Origin: an uncultured Clostridia bacterium
Lineage (GTDB): Bacteria > Bacillota > Clostridia > Christensenellales > CAG-314
Reading direction: 5' to 3'
NCBI GenBank assembly: GCA_947629985.1
Contig: CANRFV010000008.1
Span: 8,897-72,896, forward strand
Length of the DNA stretch: 64,000 bases
The position numbers and the translations under genes were made by a program. The notes under the pieces are model-generated. The model saw only the letters and a list, made by a program, of their open reading frames with translations. It had not been told where the DNA came from and searched no databases. This document shows, piece after piece, positions 10,265 to 22,100 of the stretch. Numbering within the stretch: position 1 is the stretch's first letter; every line of letters begins with the position of its first letter.

Positions 10265-12526
10265 TTACTCCCAAAGATTATTAGTTTTTGCGGATTCTTT
10301 TTCTACCACAAACGTGTTGTCCGATGAAACAAGTTCATCGCCTTCCCACACTTCAAATTGATACTCCCCCGCTTTTCTTATATCGTCTAATTCGGCGACA
10401 AAGTTGATGCCATCTTCTGTTTGCGTGTCATACGTTTTTCCATTGATCTTAATCAGGCAACGCGACAACTTTTTTGTACAGAAAAAGTGTAAAACTGCTT
10501 TCTTTTTGAAGCTGACTTTGATTACTTCATCAATCACTTTTATTTCCGCAAAGCTGACCTTCTCATATATTTCGATTATCGGCACTATGACTTCTTCCAA
10601 TGTCGCGCCGCCATGCATTTCCACCTTGCCGACTCTTCCACCTTTGAAGGCATTATAATCTGCCAATATATAATAGTCATCTTCTAATATGGCATTAGGG
10701 ATTTGTTTCATATCGGGAACAACTTTACAAACTCTCCCGCCATGTTCACCAACGGATTCAACATCCTCCTTGACCATCTCCGTGTTAAGGATAGCCAATC
10801 GCGTTGACCCGTGATCGGAGACAATTATAGCCTTCTTGATTGCTTGGCTCTTTATCTTTCTCCTTATACTGTCCAAACATTTATTGATGATTTTGAATTC
10901 TTCAATGATGTGAATTGGCAACTTCGTTTTATCAAAATCATAGTCATCCTTGCCGTCGTGTTTTAGCGTATCCAACTCTTTTTCATCTATAACATCTATT
11001 CCAATTTTGGCAAAATAACTTTTGAACTCGGTGTTCTTTACCGTAATCGTTGGAAGATTAGCTTTGCAAATGCTTATCTTGCAGACCAATCCTTTTTCTT
11101 GGCATTTTCTTTCTATAAAGCTCAAGAATTCCACGCCAAGAGCATCCACAAAGTATACAAGTGAATCTTCACAATTTATCTCGCCGATTTTTTCCGTTCT
11201 ATACACGACTCTGCGCTTGTATGAGCGCTCCACCGCCTCTGCATCCACCTTCTCCTTAAATTCAGGGGTGAGAGTATTCAGAACCTTCAAAAGTTTGTAT
11301 TCGTTGAAGTATTCCGTCAGGAAATCATCACCATAATTGTAGTCTACTAGATACTCATAAAGGTCGTTATAAACCCGCTTCAAAATCGTCAACAATTTAT
11401 TCTTCGTAAATTGAGATTTATACCGATCAATGATCTGTATTATGAGCTTCTTTTCGTTATCCGTGTTGTCGGTTAAATAATAGAGCGTATCCTCGTTTTT
11501 ATACTGAACGTACGAGCAATATTGATATATTGTTGTATCATCTTGAATTTCTTTTAGTATCCTCTTTCTGCTCTCGTATTTATCCCAGTAACCCTCTTCT
11601 TTATAATTTAAGCTCAAAATCGAATGATAAATATTGCTTATAAAGTCATTCACGGATTGCGATTTGTCTACCGAATAGTCAACCGCCCAATTCCCAGTTT
11701 TCGCTTCTTTGAGCTTCAAATAAATGAACAACAACCACTTTTCAAACGGTGTTTTATTGTTCCAATCCTTAATTTCAGAGATAATATCTCCCGTGTTTAT
11801 AAATTCTCTTATTGTTGCTTCTATTGAGCCTTCAATCAATTTTGTAAGAAGCAAGTTCCATTCATTATCGCTTCCCCATTTTCTATTCAGCTTCCGTGTT
11901 TGTTTATCTTTAAGACGAAGTAAATCATACGGCGTTTGACACTCCTCGATGCTTATCATCGACGTCGCAAAATCCGACTTGCAAAATCCTGTTATTACAT
12001 ATATTTTTTCGCCTTCGGTCTTTTCAACGCGTTGAAGTGCGCTCTTTAAGCCAATCTCGGCATTGACCATATTTTTGTAGGCATTAGATATAAATACCAA
12101 TGACGAAGAAAGCGGAACTTCTTCCTCCATCGAAGTAATTATGTTTTCCTTGTATTTGGGAATTTTCTCATCAAAGTACCTACCACATTGATACATTACA
12201 ATGATGAATTTCGTCGCGTAGGCTGTTCCGAGCAAGGAATGGATGGTTTTTTTGAATTCTTCTTTTCCCTTTAATCGAAGATATGTCCCAAGTCCATAAA
12301 TGAAGCAAAGCTCTTCATTACAGCAGTCCATATACTGATATATGTCTGCTGTATTGGGCAACTCGCTTCCCCAGTTAGCAAGATCAAAGACGACCTTCTT
12401 TTTCAGCATAAGGTATTGCTGAGAAAGTTCTTGTAAATCGTCTACATGAGAAACATCGACGATGAGCGGCCTCTTATCGTCGCTATTTCTGTATGCTTCA
12501 ATTCTGCGCTTAATCCATTCCTTCAT
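10265..12526 (-). CDS. pglZ: PglZ-domain (alkaline-phosphatase superfamily) protein
   Basis: 753 aa. The C-terminal half has LVYFVDALGVEFLSF and IIVSDHGSTRLA, which are the metal-site motifs typical of PglZ. Its position between brxC and brxL matches the BREX order. Confidence 0.8.
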   Translation of the reverse strand: MKEWIKRRIEAYRNSDDKRPLIVDVSHVDDLQELSQQYLMLKKKVVFDLANWGSELPNTADIYQYMDCCNEELCFIYGLGTYLRLKGKEEFKKTIHSLLGTAYATKFIIVMYQCGRYFDEKIPKYKENIITSMEEEVPLSSSLVFISNAYKNMVNAEIGLKSALQRVEKTEGEKIYVITGFCKSDFATSMISIEECQTPYDLLRLKDKQTRKLNRKWGSDNEWNLLLTKLIEGSIEATIREFINTGDIISEIKDWNNKTPFEKWLLFIYLKLKEAKTGNWAVDYSVDKSQSVNDFISNIYHSILSLNYKEEGYWDKYESRKRILKEIQDDTTIYQYCSYVQYKNEDTLYYLTDNTDNEKKLIIQIIDRYKSQFTKNKLLTILKRVYNDLYEYLVDYNYGDDFLTEYFNEYKLLKVLNTLTPEFKEKVDAEAVERSYKRRVVYRTEKIGEINCEDSLVYFVDALGVEFLSFIERKCQEKGLVCKISICKANLPTITVKNTEFKSYFAKIGIDVIDEKELDTLKHDGKDDYDFDKTKLPIHIIEEFKIINKCLDSIRRKIKSQAIKKAIIVSDHGSTRLAILNTEMVKEDVESVGEHGGRVCKVVPDMKQIPNAILEDDYYILADYNAFKGGRVGKVEMHGGATLEEVIVPIIEIYEKVSFAEIKVIDEVIKVSFKKKAVLHFFCTKKLSRCLIKINGKTYDTQTEDGINFVAELDDIRKAGEYQFEVWEGDELVSSDNTFVVEKESAKTNNLWE

Positions 12527-12537
12527 TTGACACTCCG

Positions 12538-15500
12538 TTACTTTTTCGTGTTTAGAATTTCAACGCCAACCGTTATATTCTCTGTGACAAGTTCCTTCAA
12601 ATATTTTCTTAACTCGTCAGAACCCATTGCATCTATAACAGCATTGACTTTTGCGCTTCCGCCGTTGATATACTTTTGATATGCAACTTTTGACACATAG
12701 TCTTCAATGGCGGCATTTCCCAACCAATTATAGGGGGAAATCATTGGGAACTTATTTCTGATTTTATCCTTAATGTCCTCGACATTATCAAATAGTGTCG
12801 TAAAATTGCGCAGTATGGCTTTTCTAAAACACGACTCTCTCGCATCAGCGTTCTTCAAGTTTCCATAGTGGTTAAATCGTGTCAGATACTCGATAGCATC
12901 ATCAATTTTAGACTTATCGCTTATTTGACTATTAATTACTTCAAACGATGCCCTTGCGTTTTCCTGCTCTGCCGCGGGAATCATACATAGTATAGGCATC
13001 GTATATTTGTTTGACCATGCCTCAGGGCTTTCAGTCCCTGTCCTTTCTTTCCACAAGGATAAAAGCCGATATTTAGACATATTTGCTTTGTATGACTTTA
13101 CTCCCGCATCCAACTTGGTTTGGAACTCACTATTCTCACAAGCAAATACGTTCGTCAGGTATCGTGAAGCGATTTCCGACACATCTTCATCTGAAAGCTC
13201 ATCAAGATAGAACGCTCCAATCTTTTTCAGTAAGGACAGCTGATTTTCGCAAAACTCCTTAAATCTTGCGCCTTGCGTTTTCAGCTCTGCCAAGAACTTT
13301 TCTTTATCTGTGTCATATATAAATCCATCACGGGAAATTTGATATAGGAATTCAAGGAGTCTTTGTAATTCTCCGACCTCCAACCGAACCGCACTATAAC
13401 TGACTTTGAATGTTTGGGCTTTCTTTCTCCACTCGTCTAAACAGTCGGCATACGAGGAAGTTCTGACAATCATTCCATTGCTTTCACTAACGATTTCATA
13501 CTCTGTTATTGTCTCATCAATTTTTTCGTCTATGGTATCCTTGTTCCACACCCAATTTGATGATTCACTAAATTTCTTACTGATTTCGTTGATGAATGTA
13601 CCCGTATCGCCTATCATTTGTGCAAGAGTAATCAGCCGTCCATCTTTGTAAACGCCCAAATACATTTGCATCCCTTGTGTGCAGTTTTCTCTTGTGAGTA
13701 TGTTTTTCAAATCATCTTGCAAATGCTCGTTTTGTGTGTAAAGCCTTCCGATTTCGAGAGCGATGTCTGTTTCCGTTTTTTGCGTAGAAGAATTGTTCGC
13801 CAATTCAACATACAAGTCAACCAGTTCATCGAGAATGGCTTTCGAGTTAACGGTGTTGTATTCGACATATTTCAACGTCCAAATCGGAAATCCGAACGAT
13901 GTCATTTTAGTTCTGACATACGACCTTGTGTTTTCGATTGAGGAACAAAGTTTTTCATCAATGCCAAAAACAAACGAAGTTCCCTTATTAAACGCTCTCT
14001 GTTCGGGCGACATGGCAACAATGTACTTTGTTCTGTATTTAGGATTGGGTGTTTGTTGCTGCTTGATGATTTCATCAATCATCTCTTTCATCTTTTCAAC
14101 CGACATTGGATCGGTTGTTACATCATCCGTCCAATTGTATGAATCATTGGCATATTCTCTCAATACAAAACCCAAAACAAACGCAGAGAGATTGCAGGGC
14201 ATAAAACCAAACGGGGGTTCAATCAATGCATCGTATATATCAGAAATTGATACTCGCGTCCCCGCGTCTAAATTCTTTGCAATGACATCTTCTACTGCAA
14301 TTTTAACCCTCGATAAAAGTTCATTGGGTCTTGTTTTCCAGTAGTTTTCAACATTCCAAACCCCTGCAAATTGTTTCTCCAACTTTGTATTTTCATTGGG
14401 GGATTTGAATGTTCCCTTAATTTCTCCTGTAATTCCACATTCGGCACCTTGTTTAAGAGCGTTCGATGCATACATATTGTCGATTACATTGACGTGCGTT
14501 TCCAAAGAGAATTCAAAGTGTTCCCTGTCGAATTCTTTGAGAATTGAAATTACTTCTGATTCGGAATTACACATTGTCCCAATTCGATCCGAATATGTAA
14601 ATAACCTTGGGGTGGAAGTTTTGATTTGTATTTTCCACCGCTTCAATGCTTCCTTTGCGTTTTTGTAGTAGGTCGCAGACTGACCATTGTCCTTGCCCCT
14701 CTGATAATTGCCGTTTGCCATATTCTCAACAAATTGCTCAAACAAATCATTGTTGAGATACGTCGCCGAATAGTCTATGAAAACTATTTTGTCAAATTCG
14801 TCATTGAAAGTTTTTTCAATTTCAACTCTTATTTTGGTACTCTCTTCTTCGTTGCGCGCAAACGCATAGACCGCGTAAAGTCGTGTCGGATGATTGGCGG
14901 AATCCGACCTTAATTGAGCGACTGTCATTCTAATATTTTCGTATGTAACAAGTCTAACATTGGGAAATCTTATTTCCAAATGTTTAGGAAGTTTGAAATC
15001 ATTAACAAATTCTCCCTCCTCAACTAACTTGTCCGTTCTAATCTCGCTTCTAAGCCTCACTTTTTCCTGTTCTATTTCTTCACGATTCCCATTTGAAATA
15101 AGCGCAGAATATTTTGTCGCGCCGGCTCCCATTGGACGTTCAAAAATAATTTGTTCTCCAACCAAGCTCTGTGCTAATGAGGCGGCATTGCTAATAGAAA
15201 TATCTGTTCCCTCAAACGCCAATCCGAGGTTTTTAGCGTTTGGAATAAACAAAGAAACCGAATCCCCAACTTTTTCATTGATCGCTTGAAGCAACAAAAT
15301 AGTTTTTAGTACCCTTTTCTGCTTTGCCATCAAATTATGAGACTCTGTCCTTCCATAAACATCTAAAATAGACCTGATTTGAGGTGCTAATTGATCCTTC
15401 CCCTTTTCATAGAAGAAATCCCAAAGCATATCAACAGTCAATAAAGTTTCATTATCCTCGGGTCCATAGTTGTCAATGAACCATTGGAAGCTCTTAATTT

Positions 15501-16740
15501 CATCGCCCCTATCGTTTTTTATGAAATCAAACATACTTCTTTGGTTTGAGTCAAATGCCGAAGCGATATGTTTCAAAACGAGCGCAGCATACGGATGAAT
15601 CGGAAGTACACCTTTTAATTCCCTTTCTCCGATTTTTGCCGCTTTAATAACTTCGTTCCGTGAATCGTGAGTTAAATCATATAACTCATCAACAATCTGA
15701 TCCCAATCTTGTATAACCGCAGGATCGTTGACTTTTTGCATCGCGTGTGCAGTTAAAACAAAAGCCATATTATCAGGCAATTCAATCGAACAATGCGGTG
15801 CGATGAATCTCCCGTTAATTTTCGTTTTTATGTCATCATTGGTATTCTCAAAAAATATGTCCGATTTATGAGTAACAATCGCAAAGTAAAATGGATGCGA
15901 TTCGCTCATTTCTGCCATATATTGAAAGCCTGATAAGTTCCCCTTGTTGATTTCAAAGTAGTCGGAAAACTCATCCCAGATAAAGAAGATTGCCTTCAAG
16001 TTATTTTTATCAATGACATCAAGTATCCATGTCCTTAAATCCTCCTTTTTAAGAACGAATGGCTTGATTCCCTTTTCTTCGCCAACTTGCGAGATTTTCT
16101 CAATCAAGGATTGCAATGCTTTTTCGGACGTGTATGTTTTCAAATTCTCCAACACAACATCTGCGTTTGCACCTGCGAAGCGAACCCTATACTCACCCGA
16201 CTGAATGATGTTGTTAAAGTAATTCTTGTTTGCATCGTCGGAAAGCCAATTTATCATTGCCTGTTTAATACCGACTTGTCCCAAGTATTCATATCCCTTT
16301 TCACGCAGAGCAGAAATGATACTCTCCTGAATACTCTCCATCAGGATACGATCATTCTTAATTTCAGACGAACCCATTCTATGAACAGCAAGTACCTTTT
16401 TAGGCTGATTCTTGATGCTGTAAAACTCGTTGTACAGGTCGTTGGATAAAACAGTCTTATACCTGTCAAAATACTCCTTTAACTCTTCATTTGAACAGTC
16501 TAACAATTTTTTTAATGTCAAAACGGCATGAGACTTGCCTGTTCCATAAGCTCCTTCAACCCAAATTGACATTCTTTGCCCGTTAGTTAATACGCTCTTG
16601 GTTTGATTGAGAAGTCTGATAAACGAATCATGCGGATAATATGATTTCCAGACATTCGGCTGAGTCCTGATGACGTCCTCATTAACCGCAGGGAAATAGC
16701 TTTCGTTGATTTGAAAATAGTTTCTATACTTCTTACTCAT
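12538..16740 (-). CDS. brxC: BrxC/PglY-like large P-loop ATPase
   Basis: 1400 aa. Walker A is IWVEGAYGTGKSHAVLTLKKLL and Walker B is IFFIWDEFSDY, in the same N-terminal context as BrxC. AGGAGA lies upstream of the ATG. Confidence 0.7.
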   Translation of the reverse strand: MSKKYRNYFQINESYFPAVNEDVIRTQPNVWKSYYPHDSFIRLLNQTKSVLTNGQRMSIWVEGAYGTGKSHAVLTLKKLLDCSNEELKEYFDRYKTVLSNDLYNEFYSIKNQPKKVLAVHRMGSSEIKNDRILMESIQESIISALREKGYEYLGQVGIKQAMINWLSDDANKNYFNNIIQSGEYRVRFAGANADVVLENLKTYTSEKALQSLIEKISQVGEEKGIKPFVLKKEDLRTWILDVIDKNNLKAIFFIWDEFSDYFEINKGNLSGFQYMAEMSESHPFYFAIVTHKSDIFFENTNDDIKTKINGRFIAPHCSIELPDNMAFVLTAHAMQKVNDPAVIQDWDQIVDELYDLTHDSRNEVIKAAKIGERELKGVLPIHPYAALVLKHIASAFDSNQRSMFDFIKNDRGDEIKSFQWFIDNYGPEDNETLLTVDMLWDFFYEKGKDQLAPQIRSILDVYGRTESHNLMAKQKRVLKTILLLQAINEKVGDSVSLFIPNAKNLGLAFEGTDISISNAASLAQSLVGEQIIFERPMGAGATKYSALISNGNREEIEQEKVRLRSEIRTDKLVEEGEFVNDFKLPKHLEIRFPNVRLVTYENIRMTVAQLRSDSANHPTRLYAVYAFARNEEESTKIRVEIEKTFNDEFDKIVFIDYSATYLNNDLFEQFVENMANGNYQRGKDNGQSATYYKNAKEALKRWKIQIKTSTPRLFTYSDRIGTMCNSESEVISILKEFDREHFEFSLETHVNVIDNMYASNALKQGAECGITGEIKGTFKSPNENTKLEKQFAGVWNVENYWKTRPNELLSRVKIAVEDVIAKNLDAGTRVSISDIYDALIEPPFGFMPCNLSAFVLGFVLREYANDSYNWTDDVTTDPMSVEKMKEMIDEIIKQQQTPNPKYRTKYIVAMSPEQRAFNKGTSFVFGIDEKLCSSIENTRSYVRTKMTSFGFPIWTLKYVEYNTVNSKAILDELVDLYVELANNSSTQKTETDIALEIGRLYTQNEHLQDDLKNILTRENCTQGMQMYLGVYKDGRLITLAQMIGDTGTFINEISKKFSESSNWVWNKDTIDEKIDETITEYEIVSESNGMIVRTSSYADCLDEWRKKAQTFKVSYSAVRLEVGELQRLLEFLYQISRDGFIYDTDKEKFLAELKTQGARFKEFCENQLSLLKKIGAFYLDELSDEDVSEIASRYLTNVFACENSEFQTKLDAGVKSYKANMSKYRLLSLWKERTGTESPEAWSNKYTMPILCMIPAAEQENARASFEVINSQISDKSKIDDAIEYLTRFNHYGNLKNADARESCFRKAILRNFTTLFDNVEDIKDKIRNKFPMISPYNWLGNAAIEDYVSKVAYQKYINGGSAKVNAVIDAMGSDELRKYLKELVTENITVGVEILNTKK

Positions 16741-16751
16741 AACTTTCTCCT

Positions 16752-19109
16752 TTAGAACAACCCAAGAACGTCGTTCGATGTTTTATCGTTTTTCAAATTG
16801 ATGTTGTCCAATCCAAGGGTGAACGAAACGGATATAAATTCGGGGTAGTTAATTGCCAACCCTTGCAGTAACTTTTCCATTATATCACGATTCAATCCAA
16901 ATATTTCAGTTGGGCTGATACCATCACTTTCAATATCATGATTTAGAAGGCGTGTAAGCGAGAACTGATAGTATTCACCGCAATTTTCTGCAAATTTGTA
17001 AAGCGAATATAGAACAACCTTTGGATCAGGGTCATCCCATGAAACACGCATTATGCTGTTCAACTTTCTTTTGCCATTTTTGACTTCATAATCACACTTA
17101 CCCAACCCTATTTCTTCCGATAACGGTTTAATGGAGATAAAAGTATTCTTGAACGCACTTGCTATGTGATCCTTCGTGTTCTCTGTTAAGTTTGAGTCTA
17201 ACATACCAATTAGGAGATTCGTATCCACATAAGAATTGAATTCTATGTGCTTGATCCACCAGTTAAACTCTGCTGTGTATGCAAGATTCGACAGCATCAA
17301 TCCCCAAGCGGATACATCGTCAACTCCCATAGCCATAACCAATCTGCCAAACGACGTGATTTGATTCTTCTCGGTTATGCCCGCATCTTTAAGAAAGTTT
17401 TTGAAAACGTCAATCTTCTTGCTTCCGAGACTATGAGTTTCCCAAAAAGTATCGCCTTTTTCAAAAAACTCCTTTACCCACTCGTATTCAATTCCGAAGT
17501 TCGTGTATCTGTCAATACTGCCCATTTTTCTCTCTCCTTTTGGTAATTTAAGTGATGCCGAAACCAAGCACCCATTGTCTATATCATAACATTTCTTACA
17601 TTTTACACATTGATTATCTATGCGAACAACGTTATTGTCAAATGAAATATATCCGTTGGGGCAGTTTGCTTCGCAAACACGACAGCCGATACAATAACAC
17701 GCCTTTCGCAAAACCGTTTTTAGATATGAGCCGAAATATATATCGTTCCGTGAATTCGATGATACATCGACCGTGAAAATAAGCGCATCCGTTTGTTCCT
17801 CTATATGAATGACATATATTTTGTTCTCATATACAACTTCCGCTCGATTATCCTCAATGGACACAATGCGTCCAAGTGTTTTTAACCACTCGCACCATTG
17901 GGCGTTTTTGTTTTTGATTGTTACCGTCAATATGCCATCTTTCAGTTCATCGAAATACACAGGTTTTGCAATATTTAACTCTCTGCCACTCCTTCTTGCT
18001 TTCCAACCGCCTATGTTCATGAATTCTTCTATTGCTTTCTGCGAACTCAAGTCTTTTGAGGTTGTTTCAAGTATAATATCGTTGAATGTTTTCGTGGTAT
18101 TTTCGCCGTTTACAGATGTACCGTAGCATTCCATTTTTATGTAGGAATTCTTTTGCCCCGCCAACGGGCAAATTAAACATCCTGCTCTGCTGTTCCCCTT
18201 TTTATAAGCATCATTAAGCGGAAGTCCTTGCTGATATATATACAGAAATAGTTCAGCCGTATTCCAATCAAGTATAGGATGGCAACTATATTGTCCCTTT
18301 ACTTTTTCGCCAAGACTAACTTCCTCATATTCGCTTCGAGATTCGCTTTCGTCGCCTCGTACTCCTGTAAAAGCCATTCCCTTAAATTGACTGTTTTTGA
18401 GATATTGTCGCAAAAACAAAATCTGCGGAGTCGATTTATGTACACTACAACACCATCTTAATCGTTGAGCCGGGGGCCCGAAAACTCTCCAGGAATCTTT
18501 GGGGTCTAAATGAGATTTAGATATATAAAATCTTATTCCTTTTTTTTCGCAGTCAGCTTCTACCTGTTTGACAAGTTGATATGTATCCGAAAATTCCATG
18601 CCTGTGTCGCCAAACAACACTATAAAATCGCTATGCGGCAAAGACCGTTGTACAATGTCTAACGCCACAATGCTATCTTTCCCTCCGCTGAAGGCGACAT
18701 AGAATATATCTACTTTATCCTTATATTTTAGATATTGTCCATACGTCTTTTTAATGGTATGCTGAACCATTTGATCTAACAGCTTCCTGTTCTTATCAAC
18801 CATCTTCGCAACATTAACGAACTGCAATGGAGCATCGTCAGGTTCTGGCTGATCTAAAAATACTATCTCGGGCGCACTACACATTGCACCGCCCTTTGTT
18901 TTTGCGACTACTCTCCCCTTGTAAATATAGGTATTTGCTTCTGCCCACATATATGGAAACGAGTCGTCCTTTGCATACTTCCACACTTTGTCAAAACCTA
19001 AAATGTCCAACTCTTGATAGTAGACAGGTCTCGGCTCTCTGCTCATTTGCAAAGGGGAACTGTTTAGAAGCAAGCCGCCCGTTTCCGTATCCCACTCGTA
19101 TGAATACAC
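16752..19109 (-). CDS. brxP: BrxP: PAPS-reductase/PP-loop ATP pyrophosphatase with Fe-S cluster motifs (DndC/SspD-like)
   Basis: 785 aa. The PP-loop is VAFSGGKDSIVALDIV. Ferredoxin-like Cys clusters are CYCIGCRVCEANCP and CVKCKKCYDIDNGC. The GTG start has AGGAGG 9 nt upstream, inside the end of the preceding gene. Confidence 0.8.
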   Translation of the reverse strand: MYSYEWDTETGGLLLNSSPLQMSREPRPVYYQELDILGFDKVWKYAKDDSFPYMWAEANTYIYKGRVVAKTKGGAMCSAPEIVFLDQPEPDDAPLQFVNVAKMVDKNRKLLDQMVQHTIKKTYGQYLKYKDKVDIFYVAFSGGKDSIVALDIVQRSLPHSDFIVLFGDTGMEFSDTYQLVKQVEADCEKKGIRFYISKSHLDPKDSWRVFGPPAQRLRWCCSVHKSTPQILFLRQYLKNSQFKGMAFTGVRGDESESRSEYEEVSLGEKVKGQYSCHPILDWNTAELFLYIYQQGLPLNDAYKKGNSRAGCLICPLAGQKNSYIKMECYGTSVNGENTTKTFNDIILETTSKDLSSQKAIEEFMNIGGWKARRSGRELNIAKPVYFDELKDGILTVTIKNKNAQWCEWLKTLGRIVSIEDNRAEVVYENKIYVIHIEEQTDALIFTVDVSSNSRNDIYFGSYLKTVLRKACYCIGCRVCEANCPNGYISFDNNVVRIDNQCVKCKKCYDIDNGCLVSASLKLPKGERKMGSIDRYTNFGIEYEWVKEFFEKGDTFWETHSLGSKKIDVFKNFLKDAGITEKNQITSFGRLVMAMGVDDVSAWGLMLSNLAYTAEFNWWIKHIEFNSYVDTNLLIGMLDSNLTENTKDHIASAFKNTFISIKPLSEEIGLGKCDYEVKNGKRKLNSIMRVSWDDPDPKVVLYSLYKFAENCGEYYQFSLTRLLNHDIESDGISPTEIFGLNRDIMEKLLQGLAINYPEFISVSFTLGLDNINLKNDKTSNDVLGLF

Positions 19110-19112
19110 TAT

Positions 19113-22100
19113 TTAGACCTCCTTCTTGGCTTGCTCAATCAATGCCAACATATTTTTGACTTTCCTCGTTCTAATATAGTCATTTGCAAGGAGATACTCA
19201 AATGCTCTTTCTTCATCAAAGAGTTTATGCTCTTTTATAATATCAATTAGTAAGTCATCGAAACCATGAATATCGGAATCTTTCTTGACTATGGCACCGA
19301 CGGGCTTATCCCCATTAAACGATGCGTGTATTAAGCCATATTTTTTACTTCCAAAATACACATAGCTCTCAAGAACAAATGCGTTCCAATTGACCTCAAT
19401 TGTCGGAAAATCGGTATAGTTAATTATATCAGCAAAAGGGACATACTTATTTAGGCAATAGCTCGCAATTGCCTCATCAATTTGTTCTGCCTTAAACGTA
19501 ATTAGATCGCGCCGTATAAATGAACTCTGAGATGTTCTAACCGACGAGGACATAACGGCATCCCAATCAATATAGTTCTTGTCAATGCTATTTCTGAACT
19601 CTTCGAGTTCTGCAAAAGAAAACTTTTCCCTCTGTTCGCAGAAGCCTCTATATAGTGATTTTACATCGACAACAAATCCAAGTCTGCTAATTACGTCGCC
19701 CCGAAAACTGTATTTATGTTCCAACTTTATCCGTATTATGTTTTTGATACCCAAATCCGTCACGCCCGGATTTGTCTCAGGCACCTCGGGGATCTCTTTG
19801 GCGATATACCCATACAGTTCCCCTCCGCTTACTTGTTCAACGACGGATAAACGTCGAGCGAGAAATTCATCTATCATAGATAGCTGTTCTTCATCGAGAA
19901 TAAACACATCCTTATAGAAATACGATCTTCCGCGGTAGTTGACAACGAAATCTCTATCTCGTATCATCGCATCAATAACTGAATGAGCGGCATTTGGCAA
20001 TGCATCATACAGTTCATCTATATCCATCGGACGTCCCTTGTTCATGAATATACTAATTAGCTCTTCCCGCAGATTAGCCTGAATTCCTTTGGGCGTCATA
20101 AAGTCAAGATAATAGGAATATTCATCGGCAAACACAAAAGCAAAATAGCTTTTCAACATATCTTCGCTGAACAAGCTGTTGAATTTGCTACTAAACTTTT
20201 CATACAAGGCAGAATAGTATATTGCCGACGTACTATCAAAACTCTCATCGATATATTTTTTTATCTCATTTCTTAATTCTTTCGGGACAATCGATTCAAG
20301 ATAGACTTTTCCTTCGCTTATAAAGCCAGCTATCCTTACTTTGCGTAAAAACAGTTCATCAGAGTCCTCGAAAGGCTTATTTAATATCTCCTCATATCGA
20401 CGAATAAATTTACGCTTTCTTAATGGATTTTCAAAAGCAAAACCATCTGAAAACGAATCCTCTATCACAACCTTGTAATCCTCGGCTTTTGGCTCCACGG
20501 CTTTGATTGATTGGCTGTTCAGTCCTAAATCTGCATGATTAGATTTAAGAAATCCTTCATATCTGCTTAAAGCATATAAAAACCACTCGTATTTTTCGTC
20601 TTTCTCATAAGGCTTCAACTGTCGCCGAATATCATCCAGTTCGGATGTCGTTACCACAGACAAAATATCCTTATTAAGGAGAGAACTTATTTCCCTTATC
20701 ATGTCAACACATTTTTGGGCATGATGAGGCGCTCGGTGTTTTTTCCCATCGACCTGATGCCTTTCCATGTATTGAGTTTTGATATATGTATAAAAATCCG
20801 CCTCCGAAATAGAAACCGAGTAATGAGTTTTCTCCGCTACCTTTGGAAGAGTATCCGTACCGTCCTTTTCCTCATATTCTATAATCAAACTCGAATAATG
20901 AATCTCGCATTTGTCCATAAATGACTTCATAGACTTGACTAATTCCGTCGCGCTTCTATTCCCTTCTGCATAAATATGATTTACAATCTCTAACGGACGG
21001 CGCAAGTCTGTTCTGTTATAAGAGAGGAAAGTATAGCTCGGATTTTTTGCGAGTTCGTTAAATATACCTGCGAACTCGTCATACATTGCCTTTACGACAT
21101 ACTTATAACATTCTATCCAGTTGCTGAATCCCTCTCTACTATTATCCTTGTAATTAACCTTCGTCGGACTTGTAAAGCTCATATTTTTAATTGCCTGCCA
21201 ATTAACCGACTTTACTTTTTGCGATTGTAATGTTCCTTTTACAAGAGCATGGGCTTCTCGTAAAATAGCCTCATATTCCTGCCTATTTTGAAGATACAAC
21301 TTTGCCATTTCGTCAAAAATCGCGGTCTTATGCATAGATGCGCGGTCAGGATAAAACGAACTGGCTAAATTTGCCATTTGAATACTGATCCCGTTTATGT
21401 TTCTAAACGTATCGTCTATTTCTATCCCTTGATTTTGAGCTTTTGCTCGGAGATCACGAGATAACTGTTCGATAACTCCACTTCGTAATGTCTTATCGCC
21501 CTCAATTTTCCAAAAAGCCTCAATGAGCAACACGGTTTCATACTTGTCCCACACTATACGCCTTGGCGTAACTCTTTCGGTTACTCTTGATTGAGGTTGT
21601 TCGGCTTCGTTGTTACTTGCAAAATCGGGTACAGTTCGACGTGCGTAATCTTCGTCGCTAATCTCTATATAAGATGGATGCCCTGCTTGCATTGTTTTTT
21701 GGTCAGGTTGTCCGTCAAATTGAACGATGATCGTTTCCTTCTCTTTTTTGACTATTCGTCCAAAACCGAAAGATTTATGATAGACATAACTTTTTTCGTC
21801 GTCTTCTAATAATATTTCTTGTTCGTGAGCAAGAAAATACGCATTTACAGCATCAACATATTGATAGTATTTTGACAAGTCAAAAGCATAAGCCGATGAT
21901 AAATCAATCGCCTCGACCTCAATTTTGGCGAATTTCATTATGCCATTTTTGTCGGCATAAAACCTTAATCTTTCATTCGCCTTTTTTGCACCAATAATTG
22001 CGCTTCTTATATCCAAAAAGATGTTGGCGTCGCTATCTTTTGCATATTCAAATATGCGATAGAAAAGATGTGCGACATCTTTATTCTGAAAGAAGTCAAT